Under the pieces are notes generated by a model. That model saw only the letters and a list, made by a program, of their open reading frames with translations. It was not told the origin of the DNA and made no database searches. A program made the translations under genes and the position numbers. 64,000 nucleotides of DNA, taken from positions 928,001 through 992,000 of the forward strand of contig OY970229.1 of assembly GCA_963714085.1 (NCBI GenBank), written 5' to 3'. The DNA comes from an uncultured Candidatus Micrarchaeota archaeon. Lineage in GTDB: Archaea > Micrarchaeota > Micrarchaeia > Anstonellales > Bilamarchaeaceae. The stretch's first letter is position 1. The number at the start of each line of letters is the position of its first letter. This document shows, in pieces, positions 48,079 through 56,774 of this stretch.

Positions 48079-48142
48079 CGACTTTCCGAAGACAGCCTTC
48101 GGGCTGCGGGCCCTGGAATTCAATTGAAAAGAAGAAAACAAG

Positions 48143-48454
48143 CTAGTCCGGTTCGTTCGCTGCGGCTATGTCCATTATCTCGAGCGCCTTCTTCACGGAC
48201 ATCCCCTCGCGGATCCCGAGGTCCTCGGCCCATGTGGTCGTGGTCCTTATCTTCGCCTTGAGGAAGTCGTCCATACACTTCACGCCCGAGACGAAGGCAG
48301 CGACATCCCCGACCTTCTCCGCAGTCTCCTTGTCTATGTAGGAGCACGCGACATAGCCTTTCTTGGCCTTGACGACGATAAGCGGGAGGTTTCCGAGTGT
48401 CTGCCTGAGAGCGTTATATTTCCGACCGTCGCATTCCACGACGCTCTGTTCCAT
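48143..48454 (-). CDS. YunC/DUF1805 family protein
   Basis: KGYVACSY.D, AA.VSGV, LGI..GM....AL. Confidence 0.8.
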   Translation of the reverse strand: MEQSVVECDGRKYNALRQTLGNLPLIVVKAKKGYVACSYIDKETAEKVGDVAAFVSGVKCMDDFLKAKIRTTTTWAEDLGIREGMSVKKALEIMDIAAANEPD

Positions 48455-48705
48455 CAGAATCCCCCGGCGCGCTCCCTCCTGCGCTCAGCCTGCTCCCGTT
48501 TCTTCTCGAATATCCCTTTGTGTTTGGCGCAGCTTATGCAGTAGTAGACGTCGTTTTCAGAGAATGCCGTCACATTGTCTCCAGTCGGTAAGTCCGTTGA
48601 GAACCTGCTCCTTCTCGTATAGGAGATCGCCTTGTCGCGCGGTATGGTCCTGCCGCACGAGCAGCACGATTCAAGGCGTTCTCGCCCCCTTCTCTTTTTG
48701 CCCAT
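48454..48705 (-). CDS. rps26e: 30S ribosomal protein S26e
   Basis: C.SCGR.IPRDKAI and YCISCAKH. Confidence 0.85.
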   Translation of the reverse strand: MGKKRRGRERLESCCSCGRTIPRDKAISYTRRSRFSTDLPTGDNVTAFSENDVYYCISCAKHKGIFEKKREQAERRRERAGGF

Positions 48706-48710
48706 GGGAA

Positions 48711-49424
48711 TCAACCTTTGATGTCTTTCAGTTCGCCCAGCAATGTTCCATCAAGACGATATACAGATGCGGCGTCCATTTTAAATAGGTTATTGCTCAG
48801 CAGAGGGCCCATGCGCGCCCCGGAAGCCGTGAACGACGCTCCGACCAGTGGATTGAACGCCGGCATGAGCACGAGCTTTATTTTCCTGTTGAACTCCTTG
48901 TAATGCGCCGCGATGCTCTCCGGGTCCGGCTCGGCGATCATCCACACCGGCTCGCTGTGCCGCCTCCCGGACCTGTCCGTGAGCGAGAGCTGCGGGTGCT
49001 GGTGCGCGGACACGAGGTACTCCGCCTTCATGCATTCTTCAGAGGGCCAGCCGTGGCCGTGCACGAGCCCGAGCTTGCCGTGCACGAAACCATCCGACGG
49101 GACGATCCGCGCGGCGCACCCCTCTATCCCTCCGTCGTGGTTGCCGCGCACTATTGTAAGCTCGCAGAGCATGCTGAGCCTGGCGAGCATGTCCGCGGTG
49201 TTCGGGTCGAGCACGGTTATCTTCTCCTTCACGTCGCCCAGGATTATCAGCTTCTCCGCCTTGGTCTGCGCGAGAAGCTCCTTTATCCTCGTGAATATCC
49301 TTTCGCTGAAGCCCTCGTCGAATATGCCCTCCTGCCTCAGCCTGTCCTCCATGCCGAAGTGGGTGTCCCCGATGATCAGCGCCTTCCTGTGGAATATCGC
49401 AGGGGCGTTGTAGAGGAATCTCAT
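48711..49424 (-). CDS. Calcineurin-like metallophosphoesterase
   Basis: GDTH, LGD, GNHD, HGH, H.HP, MPAFN. Confidence 0.88.
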   Translation of the reverse strand: MRFLYNAPAIFHRKALIIGDTHFGMEDRLRQEGIFDEGFSERIFTRIKELLAQTKAEKLIILGDVKEKITVLDPNTADMLARLSMLCELTIVRGNHDGGIEGCAARIVPSDGFVHGKLGLVHGHGWPSEECMKAEYLVSAHQHPQLSLTDRSGRRHSEPVWMIAEPDPESIAAHYKEFNRKIKLVLMPAFNPLVGASFTASGARMGPLLSNNLFKMDAASVYRLDGTLLGELKDIKG

Positions 49425-50683
49425 CCGCGCCTCTTCCCCCAGACGCCTATGTCGTTTCTGGAGCGCAGGTTCCCGCGCACCGCACCCAGCGCGGCCTCCA
49501 CCCTGCGCGCAGCCTCGTCCAGGCCATCGCCTTTCGCGGCCACCGCCAAAGCCCTGCCCCCGCGCGCCACGTAGCTGCCCTCCACCCCGTCAACGGATTC
49601 GAAGAGCACACCCGCGCCGCTGTCCCACACCGCGCGCTCGTCGATCTCTATCGTTTCCGCCCTCTGCCTGCCGCGCGGATAGCCTGGATGCACCGCGAAC
49701 CGCGCCACGTTCGCAGCGCCGTCGAACGCGACGTGCTTCAGGTTGCCATGGACGACGGACTCGAGCGTCTCGGCGAGATCCCCCCAGAGCGAGCCCAGGT
49801 TGCAGATGGTCTCCACCGTGCCGAGCGTAGAATTGATATCGAGCATCTTGACATTCTTCCCGGACAAGAGGAATCTCCCGCACAACGCGCCGCGGTAATT
49901 TATCCCGCGCCTGCGCAACTGGTCCACGATCGCAGTCAGCGATCCCCGCGCGGCCTCGTAATCGCTCCGGCTCATGAAGGGGAGCAGCGCGCCGCTCGAG
50001 AAGCCGCCCATGCCTTCGGTTAGCGCGCCCTGCTCGTTCTCGTTCCTGCGGAAGGAGACGTGGACCGGCGGCATGGCGGACAGTTCCCTCCCGTCCGTGA
50101 ACGCCTGCAGCGAGAACATGCCGCCCTTCTCGGCCCGCTCGAGCACGACCGCGCCATGGCGCCTTATCAGCGCCTTGCAGTGGGCGGCCAGCTCATCCCG
50201 GCTCGTGAAGTCCATCTCGCTGAACATCGCGCCCCTGGCTTCCATGCGCAGGGCCGGCTTCACGACCACCGGTCCGAGGTTGCGGAGCGCCCTGCGGATG
50301 TCGGTCTCGTTCCTGCACACGCGCCGCTCGGGAGTCCGTATCTTCGCGGCCGCCATGAGCCCGGCTGCGTATAACGCGTTGTTACCCATGACCGCTCCCG
50401 CCGAAGTCGGGCATGCCAAGGGGATGCCGGCATCGGCGAGCGCGTCGGTCAGCCCGCACTGGAGCGCGGTCTCGCTTGTAACGAACGCGAGCTCTATCCT
50501 GTTCTGTATCGCCCATGTCCCGATAGCCTCCACCGCGGTGGCCGGGCAGAGGAACGAAGAGTGCGAGAGCGATGCGATGCCGGGGTTCTTCCTTCCCATC
50601 ACGGAGAACAACATGGCCCCGCGCGCGAGCCGCTTCGCGATGGCGTGCTCCCGAGCACCGTCCCCTACAAGGAGTATGCGCAT
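49421..50683 (-). CDS. PurD-like ATP-grasp protein with degenerate active-site motifs
   Basis: GDGAREHAI, VVKP, LTEGMG, GYP, R.DIG present; core motifs altered. Confidence 0.75.
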   Translation of the reverse strand: MRILLVGDGAREHAIAKRLARGAMLFSVMGRKNPGIASLSHSSFLCPATAVEAIGTWAIQNRIELAFVTSETALQCGLTDALADAGIPLACPTSAGAVMGNNALYAAGLMAAAKIRTPERRVCRNETDIRRALRNLGPVVVKPALRMEARGAMFSEMDFTSRDELAAHCKALIRRHGAVVLERAEKGGMFSLQAFTDGRELSAMPPVHVSFRRNENEQGALTEGMGGFSSGALLPFMSRSDYEAARGSLTAIVDQLRRRGINYRGALCGRFLLSGKNVKMLDINSTLGTVETICNLGSLWGDLAETLESVVHGNLKHVAFDGAANVARFAVHPGYPRGRQRAETIEIDERAVWDSGAGVLFESVDGVEGSYVARGGRALAVAAKGDGLDEAARRVEAALGAVRGNLRSRNDIGVWGKRRG

Positions 50684-50733
50684 GCGTGTATAAAACAGGC
50701 AAGACTTATAACGTTTGAGTCTCAGAAATATAC

Positions 50734-52593
50734 GTGGCCGAATTCTTCTTCAGGCACCATGCCCCCAGACCCCATCAGCAGGAGCTCATGGATGATGCTT
50801 TCGAGGCGCTCAGCTCGGGAAAGGCGCTGCTCGCCAACGCGGCAACGGGCTGCGGGAAAACGGACGCGGTGCTCTCCGCTGCGATATCCTACGCGCACGG
50901 GACGGATATGACGGTGTTCTTCCTCACCCCCAAGATCTCCCAGCACAGGATCGCGGTCGAAGTGGTGAACGGGATCGCGGCCAAGCACAATCTCGGCATC
51001 CGCGCGGTGGACCTAATCGGACGCAGGCACGCTTGCATAGACCCGGTGCTCAGCGACCTGGACCACGACGGATTCTACCAGTCCTGCGAGAAGAAGCGGA
51101 AGAAGGAGGCATGCGTCTTCTACGGGAACGCGAAGGGATTCAATAAAACGCAGGAAGCCAGGGCGAACATGCTGTTCAAGAAAATGCTCGACAACTACGG
51201 GGCCGCGCGTGCGCACCAGGACGTGGTCAGGCTCGGCGAGCAGACCGGGTGCTGCCCCTACGAATGGCTCATGAAACTGGCCGGCGCATCCAACGTGGTG
51301 ATCGCGGACTACTACCATTTCATGATACCGGAAATACGGGACATCCTGCTCCTCAAGACGAAGAAGAAGATAGAGAACTCCATAGTCATCGTGGACGAGG
51401 CGCACAACCTCGCGAGGCGCGTGCGCGAGCACCTTTCATCCAGCGTCTCAAGCTACGTATTCGCAAGGGCGGAGAAGGAGATGCGGTTCCTGGGCGCGGA
51501 GCAGATGCCGTTGGAGGAGGGGTTCAACAAGTGGGCGCAGGAGCGCCTCGGGAAGACCGGGGAGAAGCTCGTGTCTAAGCTCGGGTTCGACAACTTCCTC
51601 TCCGATCTCGGGAAGGAGCAGCTCGCGGAATATTTCGAGGAGCTGGGATCGGAGTTCGTGGAGCGCACGAACAGGAAGTCCGCCTGCCTGCGCATGGCGA
51701 GGTTCATAGAAGGCTGGAAGAGCGACGAGGAGGGCGTGGTCAGGATATTGAAGGGGAAGGGGGAATGGTTCTCGCTCTCCAAGCGCTTCCTCGACGCGTC
51801 CGTGGCGACATCCGTGCTCAACAGATGCCATTCCTCGATCCTCATGTCCGGGACATTGCTCCCGCTCGAGATGCACAGGGACACGCTGGGCCTGGATCCC
51901 GGGAACACCATAATGAGGAGCTATCCCTCGCCCTTCGACCGCGATAACACCGTGCACCTCATAGCCGAAGGCCACACCACACGCTACTCCAAACGCGATG
52001 CCGCGAATTACGCGGCTATGGCCGGGCAGATAGACCGCATAATCTCCGAGACCCCCGGAGGCACGGCGCTCTTCTTCCCTTCTTATGCAGTGCAGAACGC
52101 CGTGCTCCCATTCATCAAGTCCGGCGACCTCCACGTCCAGCACGAGAGCGCGAGCCCGGACGAGGTGAACGAGCTGCTGCGGAAATTCGGGAACGGCGGC
52201 GTGCTGGTGGGCGTGCAGGGAGGGAGCCTGTCGGAAGGGGTGGATTTCTGCAACGAGGAAATCAAGACCGTGGTCATCGTGGGCGTCGCGCTCGAGGAGA
52301 TGAGCCTGGAGGTACAGGCGCTCATAGACTACTACCAGGATAAATTCGGCAAGGGCTGGGAATACGGCTACATGTGGCCCGCTGTCATCAAGGCGATGCA
52401 GGCGGCCGGCAGGGGCATAAGGAAGGAGACGGACCGCTGCGCGATCGTGTACATGGACGAGCGCTTCGCATGGAAGAGCTACAAGAGCGTGTTCGATTCC
52501 GGAACAAGCTTTATTATGACTTCCGAGCCAGAGAAGTACGTTAGGGAGTTCTGGGATGATCATCATGCTTCTCACCGACAGATACGCGCCTAA
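50734..52593 (+). CDS. xpd: XPD/Rad3 Fe-S DNA helicase
   Basis: TGCGKT, Fe-S Cys pattern with CPYE, DEAH, SGT, SEGVD, QAAGRGIR. Confidence 0.92.
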   Translation: MAEFFFRHHAPRPHQQELMDDAFEALSSGKALLANAATGCGKTDAVLSAAISYAHGTDMTVFFLTPKISQHRIAVEVVNGIAAKHNLGIRAVDLIGRRHACIDPVLSDLDHDGFYQSCEKKRKKEACVFYGNAKGFNKTQEARANMLFKKMLDNYGAARAHQDVVRLGEQTGCCPYEWLMKLAGASNVVIADYYHFMIPEIRDILLLKTKKKIENSIVIVDEAHNLARRVREHLSSSVSSYVFARAEKEMRFLGAEQMPLEEGFNKWAQERLGKTGEKLVSKLGFDNFLSDLGKEQLAEYFEELGSEFVERTNRKSACLRMARFIEGWKSDEEGVVRILKGKGEWFSLSKRFLDASVATSVLNRCHSSILMSGTLLPLEMHRDTLGLDPGNTIMRSYPSPFDRDNTVHLIAEGHTTRYSKRDAANYAAMAGQIDRIISETPGGTALFFPSYAVQNAVLPFIKSGDLHVQHESASPDEVNELLRKFGNGGVLVGVQGGSLSEGVDFCNEEIKTVVIVGVALEEMSLEVQALIDYYQDKFGKGWEYGYMWPAVIKAMQAAGRGIRKETDRCAIVYMDERFAWKSYKSVFDSGTSFIMTSEPEKYVREFWDDHHASHRQIRA

Positions 52594-53749
52594 GAAGCTC
52601 GACGAGCTGATCGGCAACGACGACGCGCGCGCAAGGGTCCGGCAGTGGATCCTCAACTGGATAGCCGGGAATAAGCAGCGGCCGCTGCTGGTGTACGGGC
52701 CGGCGGGCGTTGGGAAGACCGCGACAGCCTGCGCGCTCTCCAAGGAGTTCGAGCTCGATTTGATAGAGATGAACGCGTCCGAGCTGCGCAACAAGGCGCG
52801 CATCGAGAAGGTGCTCCATGGGGCGACCATGGCCGGCTCGCTCACCGGGAACGGCAAGCTCCTGCTCATAGACGACGCGGACGCGTTCCAGGGCAGGAAG
52901 GATTTCGGCGGCGCGGGCGCGGTGGCGAAGATACTCTCGGAATGCGCGTGCCCCATGATCGTGACCGCTACCGAGATCTGGGACAAGAGCTTCTCCTCCA
53001 TACGCTCGGAGTGCGAGCTCCTGGAGATGAAGAAGGTCAGCAGGCCGACCATAAGGCGGCTGCTCGGGAAGATAGCGGACGCCGAGAAGCTCCCGGCGAG
53101 CGCCGAGCTGCTGGACGAGATATCGGACAACTGCGGCGGGGACGTGCGTTCCGCGCTCAACGACCTCCAGGCCCTGAATCCGGGCGTGCGGGACCGGGAG
53201 AAGGACATCTTCAACACCATACGCACGATATTCAAGGCAGCGACCATCAAGGAGGCCCAGGAGGCGACCCGCGGGGACCTGGACTACGAGTCCATGAAGC
53301 TCTGGATAGACGAGAACATACCCAACGAGTACACGAAGCCGGCAGACTGCGCCCTCGCGTACAACTATCTCTCGCGCTCCGACATATTCGACGGCAGGAT
53401 AAGGAAATCCAACTGGAAGTACCTCCGCTACTCCATAGACCTGGGAACCATCGGCGTCTCCATGGCCAAGGCCGAGCCGTACAGGGTGTTCACGAAATAC
53501 GCGTTCCCCAGCTACCTGCGCGAGATGTCCCGCAGCGTCGCGAGGAGGGCCATGCTCAAGGCCATAGGGCTGAAAATCGGCGGCCACGTGCACGCGAATC
53601 GGCGCGAGGCGCTTGAATATCTCCCGCTCATACAGGAGATGGGCAGGAAACACCAGGACGCGGTTGCCGACCACTACGGATTCGACGACGAGGAGACCGC
53701 GTTCATAATGGAGACAAGTCCGGGCAAGCTGCGCGCAAGGGAGAGATGA
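52556..53749 (+). CDS. rfcL: Replication factor C large subunit
   Basis: RYAPK, GPAGVGKT, EMNASE, GDVRSALNDLQ, WIDENIP. Confidence 0.92.
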   Translation: MIIMLLTDRYAPKKLDELIGNDDARARVRQWILNWIAGNKQRPLLVYGPAGVGKTATACALSKEFELDLIEMNASELRNKARIEKVLHGATMAGSLTGNGKLLLIDDADAFQGRKDFGGAGAVAKILSECACPMIVTATEIWDKSFSSIRSECELLEMKKVSRPTIRRLLGKIADAEKLPASAELLDEISDNCGGDVRSALNDLQALNPGVRDREKDIFNTIRTIFKAATIKEAQEATRGDLDYESMKLWIDENIPNEYTKPADCALAYNYLSRSDIFDGRIRKSNWKYLRYSIDLGTIGVSMAKAEPYRVFTKYAFPSYLREMSRSVARRAMLKAIGLKIGGHVHANRREALEYLPLIQEMGRKHQDAVADHYGFDDEETAFIMETSPGKLRARER

Positions 53750-53752
53750 ATC

Positions 53753-55249
53753 CTAGAAGAAATCGCTCATCTTCCTTTGGCCCGGGGGCGCTTTGGGTTT
53801 TTCGATTTCTGCAGCCACCGGTCTTTCCGAAGCATTGACCCTCATCTTCCTCTGCATGCCGGCCAGTATGCTCTTCATCATCTGCTCCTTCCGCGTGGAC
53901 GCCCAATGATAGTACTCGTCGCGCGTGCCCTCGGTCATGAGGATTATCACTTCGCCCTCCTGCAGCCTGGCTGCCCTGCCCCTGCGCTGGATGGAGCGTA
54001 TCTCGGACGGTATGGGCTCGTAGAATATCACGGAGTCCACCTTGGGTATGTCCAGACCCTCCTCGCCTATGGAGCTGGAGCAGAGAACGTCGAACTTCCC
54101 GGTCCTGAAGTCCATTATCGTCTGCTCCTGTATCTTGCGCGTCACGCCGTCCTTCTTGCCCACGAATATGTGCGCGCTTATCCCCTCTGCGTTCAACGTC
54201 TCCACTATCTTCTTGAGCTGGTCCCTGTACTGGGCGAACACTATGACCTTCTTGCCCTTCATCCCTTTCAGGAGCTCCACGAGCTTCTTCAGCTTCGGAT
54301 GCTCCTCCCCAGAGGCCGCGAGCTCCCTCACCCTTGCGATGCCGGGTTCTTTGAGGACTCCGATGGCCGACTTGCTCTCCTTCTCCTCCATCTTCTCCAG
54401 GTATCTGTTGAACGCGAAAACCCCCTGCGTCTCGAGCAGCTCGGACATGTGGAGCAGGTGCATCAGGGAGTAGTAGCAGAGCATGGCCGGGTATTTCACG
54501 TTGTGCTTCAGGTTCCGCAGCCGCTCCCCGAGCTTCATGAACTGCCCCTTGTGCTTGAGCGGGGGCGGGAAGCCCATGGCGGAGAGCCGCTGGGCGTATT
54601 TGCCGGTCATCGCCTCGAGCTCGCGCTTGATGAGCAGGAGCGTGGGGGAGAGCCTGACCGGCACCCATTTCATGGAGCTCTTCTGGATGTATGGCGCCAC
54701 GTCAGGGTCCAGCGACGTCCTTATCTCGATGTTCTTTATGAAAAGCGCGTCCAGCACCTCGCTTATCCGATCACGCCTGCCTCCTGGCGACGCGGTCAGG
54801 CCGACGAAAAGCGCCTCGTCCTTCATCTTCTCCGCTATGTACGTGTACGCGTAATCCCCTATCGCGCGGTGGGCCTCGTCGAAGATGACCAGCTTGAAAT
54901 CACTGCCGAACCTGTCGTGCATCATGTCGTTGCGGATGGTCTGCGGGGTGGAGACGATGACGTCCTTTCCGTACTCCTCCTTCCGCTTCGCAGGGGGCAT
55001 CTCGCCTGTCACGAGCGATACGCTCTTGTCGTCCAGTTCCAGGATCTCCTTTATGGAATCCGCGTGCTGTTTCGCGAGCGGCTTGGTCGGCGTGAGGAAA
55101 AGGCACCGCCCCTCCTTCATCTTCGCCCTTATCAGCATCAGCGCGATCAAGGTTTTCCCGAGTCCCGTCGGGAGCACGACCAGCGTGTTGCCCCTTGCCA
55201 TGATGGATTCGAATATGGAAAGCTGGTAGGCGCGGGGGATGAGTTGCAC
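53753..55249 (-). CDS. Hef/Mph1/FANCM-type helicase lacking a nuclease domain; C-terminal PIP-like box
   Basis: PRAYQ, PTGLGKT, DEAH, TASPG, EEGLD, QRRGR; ends QRKMSDFF. Confidence 0.9.
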   Translation of the reverse strand: MQLIPRAYQLSIFESIMARGNTLVVLPTGLGKTLIALMLIRAKMKEGRCLFLTPTKPLAKQHADSIKEILELDDKSVSLVTGEMPPAKRKEEYGKDVIVSTPQTIRNDMMHDRFGSDFKLVIFDEAHRAIGDYAYTYIAEKMKDEALFVGLTASPGGRRDRISEVLDALFIKNIEIRTSLDPDVAPYIQKSSMKWVPVRLSPTLLLIKRELEAMTGKYAQRLSAMGFPPPLKHKGQFMKLGERLRNLKHNVKYPAMLCYYSLMHLLHMSELLETQGVFAFNRYLEKMEEKESKSAIGVLKEPGIARVRELAASGEEHPKLKKLVELLKGMKGKKVIVFAQYRDQLKKIVETLNAEGISAHIFVGKKDGVTRKIQEQTIMDFRTGKFDVLCSSSIGEEGLDIPKVDSVIFYEPIPSEIRSIQRRGRAARLQEGEVIILMTEGTRDEYYHWASTRKEQMMKSILAGMQRKMRVNASERPVAAEIEKPKAPPGQRKMSDFF

Positions 55250-55381
55250 AAACGGTTATTGCCGTGACGAGTTTTTAACACTCTCCGCTGCAGCACCCTT
55301 TATAAACATTTTCACATAAATAGTAACAAAGAAAAGGACAAGGAAAAGGGGGATATTCTGGCTGATGAAAGCAAGGCGTCG

Positions 55382-55894
55382 TTGGACGCGATCCGCGAGT
55401 CCGAGGACTCGGCATTCCTCATAAGCGTTTTCCGCACAGGTAGAAAAGAGGAATGCGAGGCCGCAGCCGAAAGGTTCGTCAGCCTGCCAAGCTCCAAGCT
55501 CGTGCACCTCATTCCTGCGTTGAAGGATGCCGACGAGAACGTCAGGACGTGGTCAGCAGTTTCGATGGGCAGGATAAAAGACGCTTTCGTCACCGAGCAC
55601 CTCGTCGACGTGCTCAAAGACGATGACAGCGAGAGGGTGCGCGACGCCGCATTCGATGCGCTCAAGGCAATGAGGTCGACGGGCAATCTGATCGAGCTCA
55701 TCTCAGCTGAAAGGGCCAAGACCAGTTCCCTGGAAGGGAGCGCCAGGCTGGGTTCCTACTTGGACAGGATGCTGATCGATTCCCTGCCCGTGCACACGGG
55801 CCGGTATGAGGCGCCTGGGCAACCGTGCGCAGTATTGCTCATAGTGAGGCGCGAACCCCGGCCGCAAATCCGGAAGAGAACTTTGGCCAACTAG
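55382..55894 (+). CDS. HEAT-repeat protein
   Basis: LKDADENVR.W and LKDDDSERVRDAA; start uncertain because the frame is open further upstream. Confidence 0.7.
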   Translation: MDAIRESEDSAFLISVFRTGRKEECEAAAERFVSLPSSKLVHLIPALKDADENVRTWSAVSMGRIKDAFVTEHLVDVLKDDDSERVRDAAFDALKAMRSTGNLIELISAERAKTSSLEGSARLGSYLDRMLIDSLPVHTGRYEAPGQPCAVLLIVRREPRPQIRKRTLAN

Positions 55895-55895
55895 G

Positions 55896-56774
55896 CTATT
55901 CCAGTTCCTTATAAGCCATCGATATGTCCACGTTGCTTATGTCCTGCTTGACCAGCGGCTTGTCCTTTATCTGCGGCAGCATCTCCTCGTAGGTCGGCCG
56001 CTCCTCCTTGTAGAACAGCCCGATCGGGACCTTCTTGTAATTCGTCCTCGAGTCCTCAAGCGCCTTGTCCATGGCCGCGGCCTTGTCCTTGGGGTTGTGG
56101 CCGGCGGCCTCGAGCTTGTACACCCGCTCCTGGAACCACTGGTAGGTGTTGAGGTAATTGAACGTCACGCACGGCTGGAACACGTCCACCAGCGCGAACC
56201 CCTTGTGCGTGATCGCGCCCTTGATGAGCTCCTTGAGGTGGGGGATGTCCCCTGCGTAGCCCCGTGCCACGTAGGTCGCCCCTCCGTTGATGGCCGTGGA
56301 TATCGGATTGAACGGGACCTCGATCACGCCCCACGGGGTGGTCTTCGTCTTCATGCCCAGCAGCGCGGTCGGCGCGGCCTGGCCCGTGGTGAGGCCGTAC
56401 ACCTGGTTGTCGTGCACGATGTAAGTGAGGTCGTAGTTCCTCCTCATGATATGCACGAAATGCTGTACGCCTATGCCATAGCCGTCCCCGTCCCCGCCCT
56501 CGGCTATCACCGTCAGGTCCGTGTTCGCGAGCTTTATGGCGGATGCGACAGGAAGGGACCTGCCGTGCAGGGATTCGAAGCCATAGGTGCTGACATAATG
56601 CGATGTCTTCCCGGAACAGCCTATGCCTGTCACGATGACGGTCTCGTGCCTGTTCAGGCCGAGTTCTGACAACGCACCCTTGAGGGCGGCCAGCAGGCTG
56701 ATGTTGCCGCAGCCCGGGCACCACTGCACCCTCGGCTTCACTCCCAGTTCCTCGACAGTCGCCATCATGACCAC
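55896..56774 (-). CDS. 2-oxoacid:ferredoxin oxidoreductase beta subunit
   Basis: WCPGCG, GIGCS, HGR, GDGD, DN.VYGLT.GQ, QPCVTFN. Confidence 0.95.
   Translation of the reverse strand: MVMMATVEELGVKPRVQWCPGCGNISLLAALKGALSELGLNRHETVIVTGIGCSGKTSHYVSTYGFESLHGRSLPVASAIKLANTDLTVIAEGGDGDGYGIGVQHFVHIMRRNYDLTYIVHDNQVYGLTTGQAAPTALLGMKTKTTPWGVIEVPFNPISTAINGGATYVARGYAGDIPHLKELIKGAITHKGFALVDVFQPCVTFNYLNTYQWFQERVYKLEAAGHNPKDKAAAMDKALEDSRTNYKKVPIGLFYKEERPTYEEMLPQIKDKPLVKQDISNVDISMAYKELE

Noticed and set aside
48093..48106. cagcc-ttcg-ggctg hairpin as an ncRNA
   Set aside because: A single short UUCG hairpin between convergent genes; at most a terminator.
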